From Mobula hypostoma (Eukaryota), in the NCBI RefSeq assembly GCF_963921235.1, contig NC_086101.1:10542001-10606000 (forward strand): 64,000 bases of DNA, read 5' to 3'. The position numbers were made by a program, and so were the translations under genes. Positions 50,401 to 62,500 of the stretch are shown one piece after another; positions within the stretch are counted from its first letter, which is position 1, and each line of letters opens with the position of its first letter. Below the pieces are notes generated by a model that was given only the letters and a program-made list of their open reading frames with translations, did no database searches and was not told the DNA's origin.

Positions 50401-50539
50401 GGATGTGAGAATATGTTGTGAAAGTACAAAGGAACCAGTTCACAGCCAGGTTCCAAGAGCTTTTTGTGAGTACCAGTGCATTGCCTTGACAGCAGAAAAT
50501 GTTGAAAAACGCGTTTGTCTGGGAAAGTACGAGGGAAAA

Positions 50540-51480
50540 TGTTGTGATAGATTTTTGAAGGGATCCGAAAGGATGTAAGAAGGGGCAAGGGGGAATTTTC
50601 TCTCAGCCTGGGACATGACTAGTGCTAAGAGTTGTGGATAGAGACAAGGATAGAGATAGAGAGAAATAAAGAGAGGCAGAGACTCAGGAAATGCTGTCGA
50701 GCATCTTTGGTTCCCTCTGACAGTGTGTTATGTAGCATGGTTTAGTGATTGGTTGATAAGTATTACTTTGTCCCTTCCACTGCTTGAACCATTATTATTT
50801 CTTTATTCCTGTATTTTATTATTTATGTAACTCAATTTAAGTAATTTTCTCTCACCTTTAACATCTGTACAGTACTTCCTCTGTTTGCGGATACCTGTCG
50901 CTGCTGAATCAGAAAAGAGCAACAAATATTAAAATATTTTCATTGCACAATTGACATCATCAGCAGGAGTCTGCATAATGGGGGCTATGCTTCACATACC
51001 ACAGGACGTACCAGAGGTGGGGTGCTGTCTGGGAAACCGGGTGTATGGACAACACCCATGGTTTTGGAGCAGTGGCAATGTATTGCCCATGTATTGCCCT
51101 CCACGTGCCAGAGAAGTGAAATGGGGAGCAGGAGTACTTACGTCCAGACTATGGATCCACTCTGTTAAAAACCTTAGAGCTTCCCAATCCGGAGGAGAGA
51201 AGGGGTACGACCATGCTATGGAAAAAGACACATGACGTGTTGGGCAGCAGAACGAGTGGCCACCCTAACTGAGAAAGTGGTAACTCTGGAACAGCAGAAC
51301 GTGACCATGGCTGCACTGACCAAGCCAGCCTGTGAACCGGCTGACAAAGCTGAACCCAGCAAACCATTCCAGCGTATCAGAAGGATTTGGTAAGATGGAA
51401 GGAGCAAGTTCTGGATGGTGTCTCAGTAAGGGAGCTGATGGCTAAGGATTGGCAGCCCAAAACTTGGAATGGTAACGTTT
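50540..51480 (+). mobile_element. Old Gypsy 5' remnant: LTR-like region (to ~50948), degenerate PBS and PNMA-type gag fragment
   Basis: ..TTGCACA then TGACATCATCAGCAGGA, which resembles the tRNA-Ser PBS TGGCGTAGTCGGCAGGA after CpG decay. KNLRASQSGGEKGYDHAMEK resembles a PNMA-like gag motif. Confidence 0.45.
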
Positions 51481-51486
51481 CCTCAG

Positions 51487-51626
51487 TGTGACGGGATCCT
51501 GAAGTAGCCCTATGACCTGTGCTTTTGAAAAGAGAAAGACAGAGTTATTTAACACAGGCACCTTGTGTGTGTGAGTGTGAGTGAGTGAGTGAGTGAGTGA
51601 GTGAGTGAGTGAGTGAGTGAGTGAGT

Positions 51627-51663
<37 letters not shown>

Positions 51664-52373
51664 GGGGATTGCTTTGTAATGGTGTTATGATTTCTCTGCA
51701 GCATGTTTACACTTTTGCAAGGACACTGTCAGCTTCTATGTTCTTACAGAGAGAGAAGGGAGGAGCAGCTTGATGGACAGCTGATGTTCATTGTGGTGAG
51801 ATAAATAGGAGGTCAGCTGATAGACCTACAGACAAATGGTTTTGGACACGGAATGAGCTTTGTTGTGCCCACAGAAAGGTGGGTTTTGGAGGATCGATCA
51901 GGCGGATCGATCAGTCGTTCTCGCAGTGTGAAAAGGGTGTGACCAGTGGGGCGTTATTCGTGTGTCCGACCCTCGCCTGGGTTGATAATTCCACCACAGA
52001 AAAACAGTCCCTTTTTGCTGTGTGCACAGTTGGTGACTTCTAAAGGATTTCGAAGGACAACGGGAAGATCGACGGCGCCAGCTCAGCTGAAAACTCAAAT
52101 CTCTCTCTCTCCATCACTACTCAACTAAATACCACGAACTGAACTTTATTCATCATCGTAACACTATTTACCCCTAGATTTGAAGAAGCTTGGTTTTCAT
52201 ATATATATTCCACACTTACTTATATATAATCATTGCTAACCTGTTTCATTTATCTGTATTTATATTACTGTATTGCATAGTTACTAACAGATATTATTAG
52301 TAAATAGCAATACTGGACTCCAAAGTGTTTTCGATTTCTGCTGGTTCTTTAACCGGTCACGGGGTACGTGACA
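51487..52373 (+). mobile_element. Solo LTR related to the Gmr1-like LTRs
   Basis: TGTGAC...GGGGTACGTGACA; the 3' part matches 43380-43470 (GACTCCAA..ATTTCTGCTGGTT). Confidence 0.85.
51565..51662. repeat. Compound microsatellite (GT)n(GAGT)n(GA)n inside the LTR
   Basis: Read directly from the sequence. Confidence 0.95.
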
Positions 52374-54770
52374 CTAAGATAATGGGCCCAAAGCTGCTCA
52401 CTATACTCCAAGCAGGGCCTCACCAGTGCTTTATGAATTCTCAACATTACATCCTTGCTTTGATATTCTAGCACTCTTAAAATGAATGCTAACATCGCAT
52501 TTGCCTTCCTCAACAGTCTCATACTGCAAACTAATCTTCTGGGAATGGTGCACAAGGACTCCCATAATGGGAGGGGGGATTTCATTGAAACCTATTGAAT
52601 TTGAAAAGCCTGGATAGAGAGGATGTGAAGAGGATGTTCCTCTAGTAGGTGAGTCAAGGAAACTTCTTCACACAGAGAGTGGTGAATCTGTGGAATTCGC
52701 TGCCACAGGAAACAGTTGAGGCCAGTTCATTGGCTATATTTAAGAGGGAGTTAGATATGGCCCTTGTGGCTAAAGGGATCGGGGGTATGGAGGGAACAGC
52801 CGTACAGGGTTCTGAGTTGGATGATCAGCCATGATCATACTGAATGGCGGTGCAGGCTCGAAGGGCCGAATGGCCTACTCCTGCACCTATTTTCTATGTT
52901 TTCTATGTTTCTAATCAGCTATGTTGGAATGTCAGAGCAGACTCGATGGGCCAAATGGCCTAATTCTACTCCTATGTCTTATAGACACATGCCAATGATG
53001 TGTTGGAGCAGTTCAGCACAGTACAGACCCCTCGGCCCATAATGTTGTACCAACAGGCGAAGGCAAGGCAAGCAGGCAAGTTCATTCCTTATTTAACTAT
53101 TGAGATAATAGGGTGCAAGTCTACAGGGCCAGTGTTCTGTTCTGGGTATCAGATGTGGGATTTCCAGGAGACTATCAGCCTTCCCGATGGCCACACCTGC
53201 ACCAAGTGCATCAAGATGCAGCTCCTTAGAGACTGTGTCAGGGAACTGGAGCTACAGCAGGGGTAGGGGTAATGGCAGAGGTAGACAACTGTGGCTGACA
53301 AGGGAAGTTAAGGACTGCAGAAAAGCTAAGGAAAGGGCAAATAAGGTAGCAAAAGTGAGTGGGAAGATGAATGATTGGGAAATTTTCAGAGGGCAACTAA
53401 AAAGCTACAAGTGAAAAGATGAAATATGACAGCAAACTAGCTAATAATATGAAGCAGGATACCAAAAGATTCTTTCAGTCATATGAAGAGTAACAGAGAT
53501 GAGTGTTAATATTGGACCACTGGAAAGTGATGCAGGTGAGGTAGTAATGAGGGACGAAGAAATGGCAGTTGAACTTAATGGGTACTTTGCATCAGTCTTC
53601 ACTGTGGAAGACACTAGCAGTGTGCCAGAGGTCCGCGAGGGTCAGGGAGAAGCAGTGAGTGCTATTGCTATTACAAAGGACTAAGTGCGAGGGACCTCAA
53701 AGGTCTTAAGGTGGTTAAGTGACCTGGACAAGATGGACTACATCCCAGAGTCCTGAGAGAGGTTGCTGAAGAGATAACGGATGCATTGGTCATGATCTTT
53801 CAAGAATCATTTGAATCTAGCATGGTCCCAGAGGATTGGAAGATTGCAAATGTTACTCCACTCTTTTAAGGGAGAAAGGCAAAAAAAAGGAAATTATAAA
53901 CCAGTTAGCCTAACTGCTGAGGTTGGCAAATTGTTGGAGTCATTATTAAGGATAAGGTTTCAGGATACTTGGATTTCGATAATGGAATTGATGGCTTTGT
54001 GGCAAAGTTTGTGGATGATATGAAGATAAGTAGAGGGGTAGGTAGTGCTGAGGAAGCAATGCGATTGCAGTAGGGCATAGACAAATTGGAAGAATGGACA
54101 AGCAAGTGGTAGGTAGAATACCGTGTTGGGAAATGTATGATCATGCACTACCTACTCAATCTGAGCTTCTCACCTTCTACATCTCTATCAAGTCACCTCT
54201 CATCTTCCAAAGAGAAAAGCCCCATCTCAATCAACCTTTCTTCATAAGACATATTCTCCATTAAGGCAGCATCCTGGTAATTCTCTTCTGCACACTCTCT
54301 AAAGCTTTGACATCCTTCAGATAATGAGGTGACCAGAAGTGAACACAATACTCTGAGTTTAATCTAGTCTAACCAGAATTTTATTGAGCTGCACCATTAC
54401 TTTGTGGCTCTTGAACCAAATCCGCCAAATAAACAGCCAATACAACATTCTCCTTCTTAACCACCCTGTCAACTTGCACTGCAACTTTGAAGGATCCTTG
54501 GACGTGGCCCTCAAATTCCCTCTGTCCCTTCAAAGGTCTCAGAATCCTGCCATGAACCCTGTGCTCTGCCTTCAAGTTTAACCCCCCAAACTTAATCGCT
54601 TTACACTTCTCTAAAGCATTCAAACAGACTATACGACATAGGAGCAGAATTAGGGCATTTGGCCCATCGCATCTGTTCCTCAAAGACACGTGGATGGGAA
54701 AAGGTTAAGAGGGTCAGGGCCCAAATGGGACTACTGCAAGAGGACAACTTCGTCAACATATATGAGTGGC
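52374..54770. mobile_element. Cluster of CR1 fragments in both orientations, including an ORF1 N-terminal remnant (53100-53260) joined to mid-ORF2
   Basis: CTKCIKMQLLRDCVRELELQ (CR1 ORF1 zinc-finger/leucine-zipper), ORF2 motifs and several 3' tails. Confidence 0.8.
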
Positions 54771-54789
54771 ACCAAATGACCAATTTTCA

Positions 54790-55050
54790 TGCTGCAGAAT
54801 TCTACAACACAAGCCCCAGTAGCCATGAGGCATTTTGGGTCAAGAATAAGGCTTTGTGTTTGAGATCTACCCTCCATACCCAGTTGGGCTCATTTGTGTC
54901 CACAGAACCTTCAGTGACATGGACTTTAAGCAACCACTTTGAAATGGCTACTTAACCTGGGAAAATCTTTGTTGGATCGACAATACGAACATTTTTATAA
55001 ACAAATTTTTAAAAAGTGGTCCATTAATTAAGGCTATCATCTCTCACAGA
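54790..55050 (+). mobile_element. Very decayed Chapaev3-like transposase fragment
   Basis: LHTQLG and GKIFVGSTIR resemble the Chapaev3 motifs LHIKLG and EGIFVGPQIR. Confidence 0.45.
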
Positions 55051-55689
55051 AATCATCGAGGCAAAGATCTCTCACAGAATCCTTCAGCACAATCTCCCTT
55101 CATTCTCCTCTGCTCTGGGGATTGGGGTGCTAACCTATTCAACTTTTGCCAATAACTCAGGTCCTCAAGTCCTGGCAATATGAGGAAGACAGAAGCAGGA
55201 CCTTCATTCCTTACTGAAGGACAATGTTTACCCATTCACCTTTATCAGTGGATGTGCGGATGGCAATGAACTTGGCACCAATATCTGCTGACGAATATTT
55301 TCTTGCCTCGGCCACGGCAATGAGTTTATTAGAGAGGGTTATCGCAATGAGTGGGAACCTGAAGGTGCTGATGTGGCCAATGACACCCCTGACCCCCAGA
55401 GCAGCAGTTCGTCTTCAATGAGTGGGTGGATGTGGAAGAATAATTACACTGGACAATGAAGATTTTGCCTCCTGAATACTTTTGCATGTATCTTATGGAT
55501 TTTAGACTGACGGTCACCATGAAATTTCCCTATCACACATCACTTTTTGAAATTGCCTATATTTGTATTACAAGTCATAACTCAAGTCAGTTAAAATGTT
55601 GCCCACAATGTAAGCTGAAAAGTTTTCTACCTTGTCCAGGTATGCTTAGGCAGGGTGGATGCTACAGGGCAGGACAGATTTTAGAAAGG

Positions 55690-56385
55690 CTGTACATTTC
55701 CCTGAAGGATTTTGCTACTTGAGGTAGACTTTCCCAAGAGCACCCGATACCAAGATTAAGGAAACAACACACACAAAACGCTGGAAGAACCCAGCAGACC
55801 AGGCAGCATCTACGGAAAAAAGTATAGTCGACGTTTCAGCCCAGCATTTTGTGAGTTGCTTTTCAACATCAGCAGATTTTGTGTTTGTGCTAAGATTAAG
55901 GAAGGCATTTTTGTTGGTCAACAATTCAAACACGTCATCAGTGACAGGCAATTCAAAGTAGTTCTAGTGGGGCCGGGTATAATCACATAGAAGGTATTCA
56001 CGGATGTTGTTGAAAATCTTCTTGGCAACTACCAAGCTTCAAAATACATGCAGCTGGTTAACAACATGCTTCAAGCATATAACACCATGAAGTGCAACAT
56101 GTCACTAAAGATTCATTTTTTGCATTCCCATTCAGACATCTTCTCTTGGTGCAATGCTGGCTGATTATTGTTGGGACACTTAAGGGAGAGCCTCAGACAT
56201 CGAGTACAAATGAAAATCATCAACAAAACATTAACTTAGTTGAACTATTGCAAAGCATCAGCACCCTTATACAATTAAACACATTATATTCAATAAAAGT
56301 TAATATCTTGTTTCTCCAAATTCCTACGTGATACACATAGTTCAAAATTATATTTGTGTTCAGTTTCAAGTGGTCGATCATAAGC
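55690..56385 (+). mobile_element. Chapaev3 (CMC) DNA transposon 3' remnant
   Basis: KIKEG.FVGQQ, DVVENLLGNY, LVNNMLQAYNTMKCNMSLKIHFLHSH, MLADYCW. Confidence 0.8.
55764..55891. mobile_element. Short Penelope-derived foldback insert with a 12-bp TSD
   Basis: AAGATTAAGGAA at 55752-55763 and 55892-55903; inverted arms CACAAAACGCTGG / CCAGCATTTTGTG. Confidence 0.8.
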
Positions 56386-56397
56386 GGGCTGTGTGAA

Positions 56398-58400
56398 ATG
56401 GGCAGCACAGTGGCACAGCTACCAGTCAAGCAGCACGACATCACAAAACAGGCCCTTTGGCCCATCTAGTCCATGATAAACTGTTATTTTGCCTAGTCCC
56501 ATAGCCCTCCATTCCCTTCACATCCATGCACCTATCAACAATTCTCTTGAATGTTGCAATCGAACCTGCATCCACCACCTCTGTTGGCAGCTTGCTCCAC
56601 ACTTGCATCACCCTTTGAGTGAAGTTGTTCCCCTTAAAAATGTCACCTTTCACCCTTAACCTATGACCTTTAGCTCCAGTCTCACGAAATCTCTGCCACT
56701 GTGTCTAAAGAGTTTCTACTTTCTGCCTGTGACCACACTGGTTTTGTTCTCAGGTGCTCTGGTTTTCTCCCATATTCCAAGGACATACGGGTTAAGTTGT
56801 GGGCAAGCTATGTTCGTGATAGAAGCATGGCAACACTTGTGAATTGCCCCAGCACAACCTTGGACTCGGTTGGTCACTGACGGAAATGATATACTTCATT
56901 GTGTGTTGCAATGTACATGTGGCAAATCAAGCTAATCTTACTTGTAACCTCAGTGGAACATCCCTGCTTACATTCCCTCTATCTACATGGCTGATAATTT
57001 TGTCTGCCTCTCTCAAATCTCCCTTCGTTTTCCTGCACGCCAGGGAATGAAGTTCTAACCTATTCAACCTTTCCCTACAACTCAGGTGCTGAGGTCCCAG
57101 CAACACACTCGTAAACTTTCTCTGCACTCTTTCAATCTCACTGACCTCTTTCCTGTGTCTGGCTGACCAGAACTGCACATTTGTAGTATTTGGCCTCACT
57201 TCACCAACATCTGACAGAACTTCAACATCAATATCCTGACTCCTGCACTCAATTCTCTGATTTAAGGTCAAGCTGCCAAAAGCTCTCTTTACAACCCCAT
57301 CTACCCGTGGCACAACTTCCAAGGAATTATGGATCTGTATTCCCGGATCCCTCTGTTCTACCATCCTTCTCAGCATCTGTAGTTCACTGTGCAAATTCTT
57401 ACCTTGGTTTGGCCTCCCAAAGTGCTACAACTCCCACCTGCCATTTGTCAGCCTGTTTTCCCAGCTGGTACTTGTCTTGTTAACTCAAAGATCCAGTGAC
57501 CCAGGTTCAACTCTGACCTCTGCTGCAGTCTGTCCGGAGTTTGCATGACCGTGTGGGACCCCCCCTCCTCCTCGTGCCCCGCCCTCTTCCCATGTCCTGA
57601 AGATGCAGGTAAACTGGCAGCTCCAAATTGCCCCTGGTGCAGAGGAGTGGGAATAAGTTATGAGGAAGAAACAACGTTGACTGGTTATTCCCTTCTGAAG
57701 TTTAAAGTTGAAAGTACAAACGTTTGTAGATTTATTATCAAAGTACATACAAGTCACCACATACAACGCCGAGATTCCTTTTCTTGCCGACATGCACAGT
57801 AAATACAAAGAAACAGAAATAAACCAATGAAAAAGACAGATAAACAACTCATGCGCAAAACACAACAAATGATGCAAAAACAAAATAACAACAGGTCAGT
57901 GAGGGCTGTACAGTAGTGTAGTGGTGAGCAGAAAACTTTACAGTACCAGTGACCAGAGTTTAACTCCTGCTCCTGCCTGCGAGGGGTTCTCCCCGTCAGT
58001 TGCCAAAACTGTGCTACACCGCTCCTGGTAGAACACGCCAGCTTGGACTCCCCTTCCTCCAGCAACTGGAAAGCAAGCAACACCGCAGCTTGAGACCACT
58101 AAGTCCATGGAGGGCAGTAAAAAATCTGCAGTCGGCCACAACAGAGCTTGTCTTCTGCCGAGTGAAACCTTGGGAGGGCAACTCCGACTCCATTCCGGAC
58201 ACTGCGTCACACCGCCCCACGTGAGGCACAACAGCTTCATCCCCTCACTCCAGGCGGCTGTGAACAGGCAACACCCAGGCTTCAGGCCTGGTCCTGGCTA
58301 CGACTGAGGCCGGGGAGCTCCCCAACACCAGCCCCTGCTGTCATCCGATAAATCAGCGAATGGAACTTGTGGCGTACCAGATTAGCAATGTCCGAAGGTG
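56398..58400. mobile_element. Nested V-SINEs (56398-56943 plus, 57480-57690 plus, ~57920-58040 minus), CR1 fragments (56440-56690 and 56945-57470, minus) and a LINE 3' UTR (57700-58400, minus)
   Basis: V-domain-like cores, CR1 ORFs 56441-56653 and 56927-57394, and a TTTATT-containing tail at ~57730. Confidence 0.7.
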
Positions 58401-58409
58401 TCGGGAGAT

Positions 58410-58610
58410 CCAAGACGCTCTCGTTACATGCACGTGCAGTTCAACTCTTCGAGTGATAATGCAGAAAGTTTGAAGCTAACAACTCATCTCCTTCTACCTT
58501 AGGCCATGAACTTATCAATCACCCCTGCTATGGACCACTTCTACAAAGAAGGGATCCGTATGCTCCACGACCGCTGGACTAAGTGTGTACATGCAGGAGG
58601 GGACTATTGG
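58410..58610 (+). mobile_element. Mariner-derived remnant
   Basis: 58540-58607 encodes FYKEGIRMLHDRWTKCVHAGGDY, the mariner transposase C-terminal signature. Confidence 0.8.
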
Positions 58611-58634
58611 TCGATAAGATATTTGCATTAACAA

Positions 58635-58668
58635 GGTGTACAGATGTACCTAATAAAGTGGTCACTGA
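58635..58668 (+). mobile_element. Tc1-like terminal repeat fragment
   Basis: TGTACCTAATAAAGTGGTCACTGA resembles Tc1-type TIR ends. Confidence 0.5.
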
Positions 58669-59173
58669 ATCTCTTGCTTACAGACAATTATATAAAAATA
58701 CAAATATAGGATAGTTAAACTGCAAAGAAAAATAGCAATTCTACAGCCTAATCCAACAAGCCAAAGCATCACACAGCAAGCAGCGACAGCTGTGGTCACA
58801 CTATTGTTCTGCAAACTTCAAACATTTTATTACTTTACTTGCTTTTACTAGGAGGCAATAAACAATACGTTCTGGACAATCTTATCAGGCTGTGATGCTG
58901 TTTTAGGGGTCACTCAGTCCAAATTGTGATTGCTTTTTTTCTGTACTCCTCTGTTATCTGCAGATTATCATGTTTTTGTAATAAACATAACCTCATACCT
59001 CTCTGGAGTGAATCCCATTTGTCAGATTTCTGCCCAGCTCAACAGACCACTGACATACCCTCACAGTTATCAGGAAGAAAACTGTATGACCAGCTTCGGT
59101 ACAGATTGCAAACTCCTTAGTCAGGTCGAAAATTTCATCATCGTGCATGGATGGACGCACCATTAAAAGCAAT

Positions 59174-59275
59174 GGACTCAGCACTAAACCTCATGACCAA
59201 CAGCCTTGTAACTACAAAAACTCAAGGGACTCAGCACTAAACCTTACAACCAACGGCCTTGCAACTAAGACTCCC
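59174..59275. repeat. Tandem duplication, two ~53-bp units
   Basis: GGACTCAGCACTAAACCT..ACCAAC.GCCTTG.AACTA occurs twice. Confidence 0.85.
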
Positions 59276-59566
59276 CTTGTCCAGCCTATTCAATGGCCCA
59301 CATTTAGTGAGATTGCAAATAACACATGACCTCGGTAACATTTTCCTGTGATTCTCAACGTGTATTAATGACAGAGTCTCCACAAGCCTCTTGCATCAAG
59401 TATTATAAAACCTGGGTGAGGAAATATCTCACAGAGCAAAACACCGTGGATGAACGATTCTGTTGTATTTCTTTATTTTTCTGTATATGTCCGCAAGCAA
59501 ATGAATATGATGGTGGCATATGGTAACATGATAGTAAATTTCTTTAAACTGTTAAACTTTGGATAC

Positions 59567-62500
59567 TGTTACGTACCCCGTAACTGGGTTGCCAAACCAG
59601 CAGAAATGGATCACTCAATTGGAGTCTGGATTACTCGAACTAAGAAAGTTTTATTAAAGAAACAAGCAACAAAGTACTCTAAACACAAGGATAATAAATG
59701 CAACAGTTCAGCAATGATAAACATACATGTACACAGAATTAAGATAACAGGATCAATCAAGCTCTATCGTTGTCTAGGGGTAAACGACCAGTTTCAAAGT
59801 GACGCAAAGTTCAGTTCAATTTAGTTCAGTTCAGTTCGCAATAATTGCTGCCGTGGCGATGGACAGTGGGGGGAAGGAGAGAGAGAGAGCAAAACGAATG
59901 AATATTCAAAACGGTTTCCACACAGACCTTCGCAGTCAGCTTTCGGGCGAGCCCTTTGTGATGTCATCTGAGGTCACCGACCGTGACCCATCCGTTTCCC
60001 AATACGATCGTTTCTCTGCGGTGAACCTGGCACCCAGGCAAAGGTGGACACACAACAGGTTCCCACCGATCGTGCCTTTCCACCCTGAGCGTCTATGGCT
60101 TGATCCCGCGATCAGCCGTCCAAAAACTTCCCACCGGCTTGTGGGAGACGCACCGCTTCCAGGGTCTCGTTACCTCGGGGTGTCGTGTGTGTCCTACCTT
60201 AGCGAACCTGTCCCTTTTTATCCCCCTGCTGGGGTATCGCCTGTCCATCACTTCAAACAGTTCAGGGTTCAAAGGGGGAGCCGATCTTGACAGCTCTCCT
60301 TCCGTTACTCTCTCCCGTCCCTTCATTAACATCTCCAAATGCTGCTCCATTGTTTTCCTTATCACTCTCTCTCCTGAAGACAGGTGGCAGACCAACTGCT
60401 GATTCCACTGGTGCCAGCACAGGACAGCTACATCGTAATCTATGTGTATTCTTGTCACACTTCCCCCCTTTAAGGATTTTTACCGGGGTAAAAATTACAA
60501 ACATGAATACATTTATTTGATACACACAAATACACATCTTTATCAGCAAACTTCATAGTGGTCAAAAACACTGAAGAATTGCGATCAATGTAACCTCTCA
60601 TTGGGTTTCGTCCCGGAACACAATAACAAGGGTCGTCCCATTCCGACTTAGTTTTCTCTCGCAAGGGCTTAGTAGGAGGGGGAGGAGTAGTAACCGCAGA
60701 GTTATTGCAAAACTTCCTACAGTACCCCACCATCTCCAAGAGCCTTCTGAGGGCCCTCTTGTCTGTCGGGGTTGGGATGTCAGAGATAGCCCGCACTTTA
60801 GCTTGCATCGCTGCCAGCTGCCCGTGTCACCACAATTCCCAGGTAAGTGACCTTCGTGTGGCCGAACTAATTTTTTTCAAGGTTCACTATCAAGCTGGCT
60901 TCAGACAGCCGTATTACATCGCCAATACACACCTCTGTGTTCGTCAGCCCTTTAGTCACTGAATTACTCATTCTACAGGGATGGTGCTCGCTAGGCTGAC
61001 CTAGTGTAACAGACACCACCCAACGTCCCAGTTCTTTGCATCGCCTCGGGACAATCAAACACACATGTGCGAATCCTTTAATTACTTCTCCTAAAGAGTC
61101 GCTTTGTTCGGGGATTAAGGGAGAGACCTTATCAGCAGAGCTGGCCAAAACAATAGCCTTCTCCCATCTGGTCGATACCATACTCATCTTTTCACAATGG
61201 TTTTTTTCTCTTATCAGGGGGACCCTAGCTTCACTGATTTCCGCGCTAACACCGACTAGGTTTGTTAGCATATCAAAAGCCGGTGACCGTCTCAGTTCGC
61301 GTCGGCCATAATCAATAACATCCTTCCTCCGGTGCAGCCGGTAAACCTCTTTCATGATTCCACCAACTGTTTCCTCCAGCACCGCAAAATGTCCACCAGG
61401 GGGTACCTTGTGGGCCAGGTTAAAAATCTCATCCCCATAACTCTTTTGCATCACCCCCCACTCCTCATCTGCGAGTACTGTACTTGGTCTCCCTTTCTTC
61501 CTTAGCACTTCCTCCTCCACACAATAGCCTACTGGTTCCCTTGTTAATTCTGTGTCATTGAGAGCTGTCTCTGCCAAAGCCATCAGCCCCTCGTCTCGCT
61601 CCCACGCCTGCACAAATTCTTTCCTGGCTAATGCTAAGTCTGTCTCAGCTCCCTCACTACCTCTTGTCTCACTACACTCCTTCTTTTCACTTTCTACCCC
61701 CTTCTCGTACAAGGCTGGCAGAAACATCTCAGCTAAATTTACTACCGCGGTCCCGTGATGAACCTGTGAGTCCATGGGCGGGGCCTCGATGCTGGCAGGC
61801 TGACCTGTCAATCTCACGGCTGGGAACACGATTCCCCCGGCGAGGTCATTACCGAGCAAGACTTCCACGCCTTTCATCGGTAATTCGGACCTCACCCCGA
61901 TCGTGACTAGTCCAGAGACCAGGTTGCTTTGTAAGTGTATCTGGTGCAAAGGGACGGCCTCTGTCCCTTCCCCAGTACCTTTGACCTTGACCTCCCCAGT
62001 CTGGGTCTCTGAGCTAAACTCTAATATACTCTTCAGTATCAGTGACTGACACGCTCCCGTGTCTCTCCAGATCCGCACTGGAACTGGTTTTAACCCCTCC
62101 TTCACTGACACCAATCCAGCCGAGATAAACTTCTCGCGCCCTTCCTGAACCTTGGCAGACCTGTCCCCTCCTAGCGGTTCGTTTACCAGCTCGATACAGC
62201 CAGTCAAAATCGGCATTTTTCCTTTTCCCGTCTCCTTCTTTGGGGCAAAGCACCTGGACGCAAAGTGTCCGACTTTTCCGCAATTATAACAGACGACCCC
62301 AGGAGACTTCCGACCAGACTGCTCCCGGTCTACCTTATCCTTCTCACTAGTCCCCAGCTTACTTTCTGACTTTTCTGGCGGACTCTCCCCGCCGTCCTGA
62401 CTACCCTTCTGGTAGCCTTTACTCGGGGCAAACTTCATTTTATGCGTCAACGCATACTAATCCGCTAACTTAGCAGTTGCGGCTAACGTGGCTGCCTCTT

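Larger units (their letters stand above)
39390..50538 (+). repeat. Copy 2 of the decayed Gypsy block (pieces 39390-39480, 41341-42645, 49709-50538)
   Basis: Collinear similarity to 16395-19297, including the CA microsatellite (17621-17643 vs 42095-42140). Confidence 0.9.

Noticed and set aside
50951..51235. PNMA-like host gene
   Set aside because: Short, disrupted and directly behind an LTR/PBS-like sequence, so a decayed gag is more likely
55690..56385. RAG1-like or domesticated transposase
   Set aside because: A frameshifted, internally deleted Chapaev3 fragment interrupted by an insertion
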